32,000 bases of DNA. Origin: an uncultured bacterium (lineage in GTDB: Bacteria; Margulisbacteria; WOR-1; CAVSGV01). Within the stretch, counting starts at the first letter, position 1; each line of letters opens with the position of its first letter. Under the pieces are notes generated by a model, which worked only from the letters and a program-made list of their open reading frames with translations, did not search any database and was not told where the DNA came from. The position numbers and the translations under genes were made by a program. Where the stretch lies: contig OY969425.1 of NCBI GenBank assembly GCA_963699255.1, positions 1,620,001 to 1,652,000 on the forward strand, given 5' to 3'. Shown piece after piece: positions 15,909 to 23,592 of the stretch.

Positions 15909-18304
15909 GATTTTGGATTTTAACATTGATTGCTCCTTCTTTCGGATCAACTATCCAGGAAGAATTCATGAAGAGCAGCAACTTTGTGCGCCAGGCTGGA
16001 ATGGGCGGCGCGGCAACGGCGGTCTGCGACGACCTGAGCTCCGTCTACTATAACCCGGCAGGACTGGCAAAAGCCGGGCCGCTCGGGTTTTCGTTCGGGA
16101 CCATCGATACCAACAAGGAGCTGCTGGATGAGTACCGTTATTATTGCTACAACCTGGGCACTCTGGCTTATCTCGGATACGACAAGATACTTCCCACGGG
16201 AGAAAAGGTCAAGGCGGATACTTTCGGGATGGGCGTGCAGACCGGGATGGGGATAAGTTACGGCCTGACTTACAAGAACATTTTTATCGATACCAATGCC
16301 AAGGAAGAAAGGGGCTACAGCGCGGACCTCGGCCTCTTGTTGAAAGTGTCCCCGCAGGTCTCGATCGGCGTGCTGGGTCAGGACGCGCTGTCGGATAAGG
16401 TACTGGAGATACCTTCGAGCACGCGAATAGGTGCCGCTTACAGGCCTTTTGAAGACCGGCTGATAATCGCCGCTGACTCTGAGCTCGGAAGGGCCGGACC
16501 CGGAGATTTCACTCATTACGGAGTGGAGTGGAAGGTCGCCGACGGCCTTAAACTCAGGGCCGGCATCGACAGCGGCAATACCACTTTTGGATTGAGCCTT
16601 GATCTTCCTTTCATGAGGATCCATTACGCCGGCATGCTGGATAAGGATGCTGAAAGCGGTACGGTGCAGATGGTGGGCGGAGAGATAAGCTTTTTTGAAA
16701 GTCCGAAAAGACCTATGTCAGTGATAAGGCCGAAGGAATATGCTTTGATAGAGATCGGCGGGAACATCGTCGGAGGAGTGGGGGATTTCAGCTTTTTGGG
16801 CGGCGGCCGTATCGGGGCTGACTCGATCATTGAACACATAAAACAGGCGACAAAAGACCCTTACATTGACGGGCTGATCCTGAGAATAAAAGGATTTGAC
16901 GGGGGAATGGGTTCCCTGGCGATCGTGCAGGAGATCAGGAGCGAACTTTTAAAATCAAAAGAAAAAGGCAAAAAGATCGTTGCGTATCTGGAGGAGGGCA
17001 CGCTCGGGGACGAATATTATCTGGCGTCCGTCGCGGATAAGGTCGTAGCTCCGTCCGCGGGGACCGTCGGCGGGATAGGGAAATCGATAAACATCGTCAA
17101 GGTAAAAGGATTGCTTGAAAAACTGGGCATAGAATCGCAGCTCCTTTCAAAGGGAAAATACAAGACAACATTCAATATGTTCTCATCCGATATCACAAAA
17201 GAGCAGAGATTGATGATACAGGATATTCTTTCCGATCTGTACCGGCAGATGGTCACCGATATCGAGAGCTCCAGAAAAGGGAAGATATCCATGGAAAAGC
17301 TGAAAGCGATATCCGACGGCAGCATATTCTCCGCCGGCAAGGCAAAGGAGCTCGGGCTTATCGATGAGGTCGGATACTTCAAGGACGCGATGAGCGCCGG
17401 AGCGGACCTTTATGGATCAAAGGATGAAATAAGCGTTATTGAGCAAAAAGACCTGTTCGTAGATGATGCCGATGGATATTTGTTCGCGTTCCCGAACAAG
17501 ATAGCCGTGATAGAGATCGACGGCGATATCGTCACGGGAGGATCCGGCCAGAACATTTTATTCGGCGGCCATACCACGGGAGCCGATGTCATTTGCGATC
17601 AGATACGTAAGGCCGCGGATGACTGGCAGGTGAAGGCGATGATCGTGAGGATAAACAGCGGCGGTGGCTCCGCGGTCGCGTCGGGCCAGATATATTCGGA
17701 GCTGGTAAGAGCAAAGAAAAAAGACAAGGTGATCGTTGCTTCCATGGGGGACATGGCGGCTTCGGGAGGATATTACATAGCTTCAGCATGCAACAAGATA
17801 GTGGCCGACCCGGGGACAATAACCGGGAGCATAGGAGTGATAGACGAAAGCGTTCTCAATTATTCGGGGCTTCTGAAAAAGCTCGGGATCACGGCCGAAA
17901 GCGTAAAAGAAGGAAAGCATGCCGACATGTTCTCGGGGCTTCGAAAACTCTCCACCGAAGAGGTAAACTCCGTGAACGCATACATTGAAGAGACTTACCA
18001 GGAATTCATTAAGGCCGTGGCCGACGGAAGGGGGATGACTACGGGCGAGGTCGCGTCGCTTGCGGAAGGAAAGGTTTACACCGGCAGTCAGGCCCTTGAC
18101 GTTAAGCTTGTGGATAAGATGGGCAACTTTACCGATTCCGTTAAGCTCGCTGCGGACATCGCGAAGCTGTCGGGAGAGCCGCAGCTTGTCTATTACAGAC
18201 AGCAGAACATGTTCCTGCAGTTAGGAGGCGGAGCGGTAAAGATGCTGGGGCTGGGGAACGGCATATTTCCCGATCAGGGCGGGCTTGTGGAGTATAAGCT
18301 TTAA
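15827..18304 (+). CDS. sppA: Fusion protein: N-terminal outer-membrane beta-barrel-like domain plus tandem signal peptide peptidase SppA (S49) domains
   Basis: About aa 48-290 carry the GMGGAATAVCDDLSSVYYNPAGLA motif seen in PorV/FadL-like barrels and end in VQMVGGEISF. About aa 300-825 hold two S49 repeats, with GDMAASGGYYIAS in the second. The start is uncertain: 15827 has no RBS, while ATG 15968 has AGGAAG upstream but would leave no signal peptide. Confidence 0.8.
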   Translation: MTNKSLNDKSINFNLFGFFRFIWVLSFGFWILTLIAPSFGSTIQEEFMKSSNFVRQAGMGGAATAVCDDLSSVYYNPAGLAKAGPLGFSFGTIDTNKELLDEYRYYCYNLGTLAYLGYDKILPTGEKVKADTFGMGVQTGMGISYGLTYKNIFIDTNAKEERGYSADLGLLLKVSPQVSIGVLGQDALSDKVLEIPSSTRIGAAYRPFEDRLIIAADSELGRAGPGDFTHYGVEWKVADGLKLRAGIDSGNTTFGLSLDLPFMRIHYAGMLDKDAESGTVQMVGGEISFFESPKRPMSVIRPKEYALIEIGGNIVGGVGDFSFLGGGRIGADSIIEHIKQATKDPYIDGLILRIKGFDGGMGSLAIVQEIRSELLKSKEKGKKIVAYLEEGTLGDEYYLASVADKVVAPSAGTVGGIGKSINIVKVKGLLEKLGIESQLLSKGKYKTTFNMFSSDITKEQRLMIQDILSDLYRQMVTDIESSRKGKISMEKLKAISDGSIFSAGKAKELGLIDEVGYFKDAMSAGADLYGSKDEISVIEQKDLFVDDADGYLFAFPNKIAVIEIDGDIVTGGSGQNILFGGHTTGADVICDQIRKAADDWQVKAMIVRINSGGGSAVASGQIYSELVRAKKKDKVIVASMGDMAASGGYYIASACNKIVADPGTITGSIGVIDESVLNYSGLLKKLGITAESVKEGKHADMFSGLRKLSTEEVNSVNAYIEETYQEFIKAVADGRGMTTGEVASLAEGKVYTGSQALDVKLVDKMGNFTDSVKLAADIAKLSGEPQLVYYRQQNMFLQLGGGAVKMLGLGNGIFPDQGGLVEYKL

Positions 18305-18494
18305 GTTCAGGAATTTGGGGAATTTGGAATACAGGAACTCAGTTTAGGAATACGGGAATAAGGGGGGAAAGGAAAAGAAAAAATCAAAAACGTGTTATTC
18401 CTATCTCCCTTTTTCCATTTTCCCTAAACTATATCCCCATATCCCTTTATTCCTATTCTCCTTAATTGTGTTCCTTAATTCCCTGATTCCTCAG
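18305..18494. repeat. Imperfect dyad of about 190 bp: a GGAAT-repeat purine-rich arm followed by an ATTCC-repeat pyrimidine-rich arm; possible bidirectional terminator
   Basis: By hand count, the left arm 18305-18390 has 5 GGAAT and only 7 C. The right arm 18391-18494 has 4 ATTCC and only 6 G. It lies between the convergent sppA-fusion and ftsL genes and overlaps the last codons of ftsL. Confidence 0.55.
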
Positions 18495-18753
18495 TAGAAA
18501 TGATTATGTAATTTATCTTCTCCGGATAGATCATGTTCAGCTTGCCTTTTGCCGCTTTCTCGATCCTCGGGAGCGCCTCTTCTTTTGCCACAAGATAATT
18601 CAGGTATCTATTCTCGGGCCTTATGCTATCAAGCTTCCGTTTTAGCTCATCGATCTCGTAGCCGGTTTTGATGCTGTTCGTGTATATCGTAAGATGTACC
18701 GCGGAAAGCAGGACAAAGACCGTCAATATTATAAAAGCTCTGAGTATTTTCAT
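18475..18753 (-). CDS. ftsL: Cell division protein FtsL-like (single TM helix plus coiled coil)
   Basis: 92 aa with an N-terminal TM helix (AFIILTVFVLLSAVHLTIY), then a coiled-coil segment and the RIEKAAKGKLNM motif. It lies immediately downstream of rsmH with overlapping stop and start codons. Confidence 0.6.
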   Translation of the reverse strand: MKILRAFIILTVFVLLSAVHLTIYTNSIKTGYEIDELKRKLDSIRPENRYLNYLVAKEEALPRIEKAAKGKLNMIYPEKINYIIISTEESGN

Positions 18754-19691
18754 ATCCGTTCCGCCGCCCTCAGCTTCGCGCTTCTCGCTCTCGGATTCGA
18801 TCCTACCTCTTCAGGACCCGGGATAACAGGCTTCCTTGTGATCACAGCCAGCTTCCTTTTGTGATCACAGGTGCACTGCGGTTGTCTCGGAGGACAGATG
18901 CAATCCACGGACTCTCTCTTGAAGATGTTCTTGACCATGCGGTCTTCAAGAGAATGATATGATATCACGACTATCCTCCCGCCGGGAGCGAGAAGGTCGA
19001 TTGCGTCCTCCAGCGCGGTACGCAGGCTGTCGAGCTCCCCGTTCACCGCTATCCTGAAAGCCTGGAAAACCCTGGCAATGGATTTCGTGGCGAACTGGGG
19101 CGATGTCTTCGGGATGGAGCGCCTTATGATATCCGCGAGCCCAAGCGTTCCTTTGACGGGTCGGTTCCTGATGATAGCCGAAGCGATCCGTTTGAAAAAC
19201 CTTTCTTCGCCAAGGTCCCGGATGATACCCTCAAGTTCTTCTTTATCAAGGCTGTTCACCAGATCCTCTGCGGTACGGCCTTTTGACCTGTCCATCCTCA
19301 TGTCAAGGGGAGCGTCCGTCCGGAAGCTGAATCCGCGGCCTGAAGAATCGATCTGGTATGAGGATACGCCCAGGTCGAATAATATTCCGTTGATACCCGA
19401 TACCCGATGCCCGATACCTGACGCGCGATCATTGATTATCGATCTTATATTTGAGAAGTTGTCATGAATAAAAATGACGCGGCTGCCGAATTCCTTCAGG
19501 TTTTCCTTCGCCGCTTCAAAGGCTTCAGCATCCTGGTCGATCCCGATGAGGGCTATCTTGTCCGAAGCTTCGAGTATCGCTTTCGCGTGTCCGCCTCCGC
19601 CGAGCGTCGCGTCGACAATGACAGTATTCGGGCGGATATTGAGATATTCGATAACCTCTTTGAGCATTACCGGAATGTGTTTATAGATCAT
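18750..19691 (-). CDS. rsmH: 16S rRNA (cytosine1402-N4)-methyltransferase RsmH/MraW
   Basis: 313 aa with HIPVML, DATLGGGGHA, DLGVSSYQID and SYHSLEDR motifs. Confidence 0.95.
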   Translation of the reverse strand: MIYKHIPVMLKEVIEYLNIRPNTVIVDATLGGGGHAKAILEASDKIALIGIDQDAEAFEAAKENLKEFGSRVIFIHDNFSNIRSIINDRASGIGHRVSGINGILFDLGVSSYQIDSSGRGFSFRTDAPLDMRMDRSKGRTAEDLVNSLDKEELEGIIRDLGEERFFKRIASAIIRNRPVKGTLGLADIIRRSIPKTSPQFATKSIARVFQAFRIAVNGELDSLRTALEDAIDLLAPGGRIVVISYHSLEDRMVKNIFKRESVDCICPPRQPQCTCDHKRKLAVITRKPVIPGPEEVGSNPRARSAKLRAAERI

Positions 19692-19748
19692 GGTTATTTG
19701 GTGAAGGGAAAGGTGTTTTTATGAAAGTTGGTGTGGGATCGTGTCTTT

Positions 19749-19776
19749 CTCATCTCACATCTCCCGTCTCGCATCT
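19749..19776. repeat. Four tandem heptamers (CTCATCT CACATCT CCCGTCT CGCATCT) in the rsmH upstream region
   Basis: Read directly from the sequence. On the minus strand the units are AGATGNG-like. They sit between the small ORF stop (19778) and the rsmH start (19691). Confidence 0.5.
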
Positions 19777-19777
19777 C

Positions 19778-19924
19778 TTATTTCTTCTTCAGGCTGTTGT
19801 CAATGGAAGTTAATTTCTGATGGATCATGTAAAGCAGGACGGGCGCCGAGAACCACATGATGATAACGGAAAAGAAAAGCACCATCAATATAAGCCCGAA
19901 AAATCCGGTGAATACGGTGTTCAT
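19778..19924 (-). CDS. Possible small membrane protein (48 aa)
   Basis: I translated it by hand as MNTVFTGFFGLILMVLFFSVIIMWFSAPVLLYMIHQKLTSIDNSLKKK. GAGG lies 3 nt before the ATG. I recognise no homology, and it is too short for the ORF track. Confidence 0.25.
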   Translation of the reverse strand: MNTVFTGFFGLILMVLFFSVIIMWFSAPVLLYMIHQKLTSIDNSLKKK

Positions 19925-19981
19925 TAGCCTCATAAGGTATGGATTATAACACCACAATCCATTATAATAAAGCTTCGTATT

Positions 19982-21175
19982 ATGTTCTCATTTCAAACAA
20001 AACTATCGATGCTTCGGGCCGTTTTGACGAAAAGATCGCCATTCTACATCCAGTTCTATATCTCAAAGGCGTGCAACCTGGAATGCAAGATGTGCAACAT
20101 AGTGGAGGCGAACGCCGACCTGAAACCTTTCAAGACGGAAAACATCGAGGCGATCGCGGACAACCTGGTGAGGATCGGCGCCGGGGTGGTCCTTCTTACC
20201 GGAGGAGAGCCGTTCCTTCGGCCCGATATCGATGAGATCGTGCGGATATTCAAAAAAAAGAACCTGGACGTGAGGATGCAGACGGCGGGGCTTATGTCCA
20301 AGAAAGACAAGATCGCGAAATGCGTCGAGAACGGCGCGAGGGACATAAACGTCAGCATAGACTCGCTCGATGAAGAGATGTCGGATTACATAAACGGAGT
20401 AAAGGGTTCGTGGCGCGACGCCATGAAGGCCGTCTCATTTATCTCCCGCACTTTCCCGCGGAAAGACTCCATCTGCGCGCTTGGGTGCGTTCTGTCGCGA
20501 TACAATGTGGATGAGATCGACGCGCTCCTCGACTTCGCGACAAGGATCGGCTGGTGGTTGTCCCTTGTTCCCGTGCACATCACGGAGCCGTCAAATCCCC
20601 TGAATTTCCGCGGATATGACGAATATTTCAAGTTCCGCGAAAAAGACTTTACGAAGGTCAAAGAGCTTATCGACCGGCTGAAGAAAAAGAAAAAGCATGG
20701 AGCCATGCTTTTTGATTCCGATGATTACCTTGATTCGATCTACCACTTCATCAGGACCGGGCACCCCAGCTGGAGGCACAGGGGCGTGTGCGACACGCCG
20801 AACCTTTATTTTGCCATATTGCCTGACGGCAGGTTCGCCCCGTGCTGCGACTTCCGGATGAACGAGGTCGTATACGTCTATGACAGGAGCTTTCCCGACA
20901 TTTACAGGACCGCGAAATTCAGGGATGAAGTGAAGTCCATCGCGAAGAAATGCCCCGGATGCAATTTCGGCAGCTTTCCGGAGATGACGCTCTCAGCCAG
21001 GTCGCTGCCGACGATATTCGAAAGGCTTATGCTCCAGTTCAGGGCGCAGTCCAGAGGGATAAGGCCCATTGAAGAGAGCGAATTGTTCAGGTTGATCGAT
21101 GAAGTAAAAAGCGGCTACGATATTTATAGAACTGGAAGAACATACCCGCACAGGGAAGAAAAGGTGAAGGGCTGA
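19982..21175 (+). CDS. Radical SAM enzyme with a partial SPASM/twitch-like C-terminal cysteine motif
   Basis: A CX3CX2C motif (ACNLECKMC) lies near the N-terminus, and GGEPFL is present. The C-terminal CDTPNLYFAILPDGRFAPC fits Cx12Gx4C and is followed by CPGC. The start could instead be M10 at 20009. Confidence 0.85.
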   Translation: MFSFQTKLSMLRAVLTKRSPFYIQFYISKACNLECKMCNIVEANADLKPFKTENIEAIADNLVRIGAGVVLLTGGEPFLRPDIDEIVRIFKKKNLDVRMQTAGLMSKKDKIAKCVENGARDINVSIDSLDEEMSDYINGVKGSWRDAMKAVSFISRTFPRKDSICALGCVLSRYNVDEIDALLDFATRIGWWLSLVPVHITEPSNPLNFRGYDEYFKFREKDFTKVKELIDRLKKKKKHGAMLFDSDDYLDSIYHFIRTGHPSWRHRGVCDTPNLYFAILPDGRFAPCCDFRMNEVVYVYDRSFPDIYRTAKFRDEVKSIAKKCPGCNFGSFPEMTLSARSLPTIFERLMLQFRAQSRGIRPIEESELFRLIDEVKSGYDIYRTGRTYPHREEKVKG

Positions 21176-21176
21176 A

Positions 21177-23576
21177 ATGTCAAATTTATCCCTGATGATG
21201 AAGCAGGTGAAGAGATACAAGACCGTCGGTTTCGGGACGGGAGGAGGGATACTGAAGCACTCGCTTTATCCATTAAAGCTCTTTAAACAGGTCCTTCCGT
21301 CGAGCGGAGTGATACTCGACCTCGGCTGCGGAGAGGGCATGCTCACAAACCTCCTGTCCGCCGCTCTTCCCGCGGCAAAGATCCACGGCGTGGACCTGGA
21401 CCGGGAGAGGATAGAGAAAGCGGAAAAAGTCGCCGGCCCCACGGCGGACTTCGCGGCAAAGGACATATTGGACTGCGATTTCAGGGGGGCTTCGGCCGCG
21501 ATATTCAACGACGTCCTTCATCATCATCCGAAAGACCACCAGGTCAAGCTTCTTGAAGCGGCCAATAAGTTCCTCGATGACGACGGCCTTCTTGTCCTGA
21601 AAGAAGTGGACATCAGGGACAGGGCCGACGTCGCCTGGACCACTTTCTGGGACAAGAAACTCTATCCGAATGACACCCTTAACTTCAGGGGGAAAAGCGA
21701 ATGGGAAAAGGTGCTTCGCGAGACCGGGTTCAGGGTCATCGGCATTCACAGGGTCAGGCATCCATGGCCGGCATCCAGGACCGTTATCGTCGCCACGAAG
21801 CGCCCAAAACTTGAAAGGATCGAATTCAAAAAGATCGATAACGCGAAAGACCTGACAAAGGTCCTTGTCACCGGGGCGACGGGATTCATCGGCGAGCATC
21901 TGGTGCGCGAGCTGTTAACTAATGGGATGGGCGGCAGGGACGTGCAGATATCGCTCATAGTGCGCGACCCCTGCGGACTTCCGGAAGAAATAAGAAGCAA
22001 CTCCAGGGTGAAGCTGATCGTGGCCGACCTGAAAGACCTCGCGTCAAAGCGCGGAGAACTTTACGGCCATGAATATGTTTATCATCTTGCCTCAAAGGTA
22101 GCTTTCTTTGCCGGCAGGGATATCATGGATGACAACGTTCTTCCGACAAAGAACCTCCTTGAAGCTGTTTCAGGGCCAAAGCTCAAAAGGTTCGTTTACG
22201 CCAGCACCATGGGAGCCCTTGACAGGTCGAAGACCGATGACTGCTCGAGCCCGCTCGACGAGAACTCCCCCGCGCATCCCGTATCTTTCTACGGCAGGAG
22301 CAAGCTCGAAGGGGAGAGGCTTGTAAAAAGCTCAAAGCTTCCCTATACGATAGTCAGGATACCATGGTGCTACGGCCCGGGGATGTCAAAGACGCATCAC
22401 GTGAGGGTGCTCTTTGAAAAACTCATGAAAGGCGGGTTGGTTTTCCGCGTCAACTGGCCGGGGAAAGTGAGCATCATCGAGGCCGGTGAACTCGCGAAGA
22501 TATTCACCGCCGCTGCGGCGGACCCGAAGGCCCTGAACGGGACTTTCTTTGCTTCCGACGGGGAGCCGATCTCTTTTGGAGAGCTCTTCCGTGAGATGGG
22601 ACGCGTCGCGGGCAGGAAGACGGGGAAGATCAATATTCCAGGGACCTTAATATCGATCGCGAAAATATTCAGACTGTTCGCGCCGTTCCAGATTAAATCC
22701 CTTTATATGGACGTGCTGGCGGTCTCGAACTCAAAGCTTGAAGGCATCGGCATCAAAGTTAAAAAAAGAGGAGCGGATTTCCTTCTTCCGCTTGCCAGAT
22801 ACATCAACGAGCAGAAATTCCCGTCAAGATGGCGGTCAAAGGCGCTCATTACTGGCGCCGCGAGCGGGATCGGGTTATCGCTTGCCAAAAAATTCTTCTC
22901 TCTCGGGTACGGCCTCATGCTTGTCGACAGGAACAAGGACCAGCTTGATAATATCGCAGGTGAGCTTAAGGCCGACAGGAGGGTCGCAGACCTGTCCGAC
23001 CGGACTGCCCTGAAAGAACTGTGCGGCGAACTTGTGTCAAAATTAAATGACATCGAGATCGTCGTCAATAATGCCGGTGTCGGAGCCAGGGGGAATTTTG
23101 ATGAAATGGAGTGGAGCGCGATAGAGAGGCTGATATCCGTCAATTGCGTCGCGCCCGCTATGATCAGCCGCGCGTTCATTCCCGTTTTCAGGAAAGCGGG
23201 GAGGGGAACGGTGATCAATGTCGCGTCGTCGTCGGCGTTCCAGCCTCTTCCGTTCATGGCCGCGTATTCCGCTTCAAAAGCGTTCATGCTGAATTTTTCA
23301 CAGGCGGTCTCGGCCGAAAGCCCGGTCGAGATAATTACCGTCTCTCCTTCAGGCACAGCAACGAACTTTCAATCATCATCGGGAGTGAAAAGAGACAAAA
23401 ATGAAAAGCTTCTTGATCCCGATGATGTGGCGGCTCAAATGATTTCAAAGATTGGCAAAGGCAGTAAATACTATATAATAGGCAGTTCGGGTAAGTTCAT
23501 GAGCTTTGTTTCACGCTTATTGCCCGCAGCTGTCCAACTTAAGCTGTGGAAGCGCCTCATGGGCAAAATGAGATAA
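21177..23576 (+). CDS. Triple-domain fusion: class I SAM methyltransferase, extended SDR (NAD-dependent epimerase/dehydratase) and classical SDR
   Basis: The methyltransferase domain has ILDLGCGEGM. The extended SDR has VLVTGATGFIGEH and YGRSK (YxxxK). The classical SDR has ALITGAASGIGLS, NNAG and YSASK. All 799 aa lie in one uninterrupted frame. Confidence 0.8.
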   Translation: MSNLSLMMKQVKRYKTVGFGTGGGILKHSLYPLKLFKQVLPSSGVILDLGCGEGMLTNLLSAALPAAKIHGVDLDRERIEKAEKVAGPTADFAAKDILDCDFRGASAAIFNDVLHHHPKDHQVKLLEAANKFLDDDGLLVLKEVDIRDRADVAWTTFWDKKLYPNDTLNFRGKSEWEKVLRETGFRVIGIHRVRHPWPASRTVIVATKRPKLERIEFKKIDNAKDLTKVLVTGATGFIGEHLVRELLTNGMGGRDVQISLIVRDPCGLPEEIRSNSRVKLIVADLKDLASKRGELYGHEYVYHLASKVAFFAGRDIMDDNVLPTKNLLEAVSGPKLKRFVYASTMGALDRSKTDDCSSPLDENSPAHPVSFYGRSKLEGERLVKSSKLPYTIVRIPWCYGPGMSKTHHVRVLFEKLMKGGLVFRVNWPGKVSIIEAGELAKIFTAAAADPKALNGTFFASDGEPISFGELFREMGRVAGRKTGKINIPGTLISIAKIFRLFAPFQIKSLYMDVLAVSNSKLEGIGIKVKKRGADFLLPLARYINEQKFPSRWRSKALITGAASGIGLSLAKKFFSLGYGLMLVDRNKDQLDNIAGELKADRRVADLSDRTALKELCGELVSKLNDIEIVVNNAGVGARGNFDEMEWSAIERLISVNCVAPAMISRAFIPVFRKAGRGTVINVASSSAFQPLPFMAAYSASKAFMLNFSQAVSAESPVEIITVSPSGTATNFQSSSGVKRDKNEKLLDPDDVAAQMISKIGKGSKYYIIGSSGKFMSFVSRLLPAAVQLKLWKRLMGKMR

Positions 23577-23592
23577 GTTATCGAGGTAAAAT

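Noticed and set aside
19692-19981. Expected mraZ upstream of rsmH.
   Set aside because: Only 290 nt are available and no MraZ-like frame exists. Only a 48-aa hydrophobic ORF is present.
19939-20235. 98-aa ORF overlapping the radical SAM gene start.
   Set aside because: It is in a different frame from the motif-bearing radical SAM ORF and has an Arg/Gly-rich nonsense-like C-terminus.
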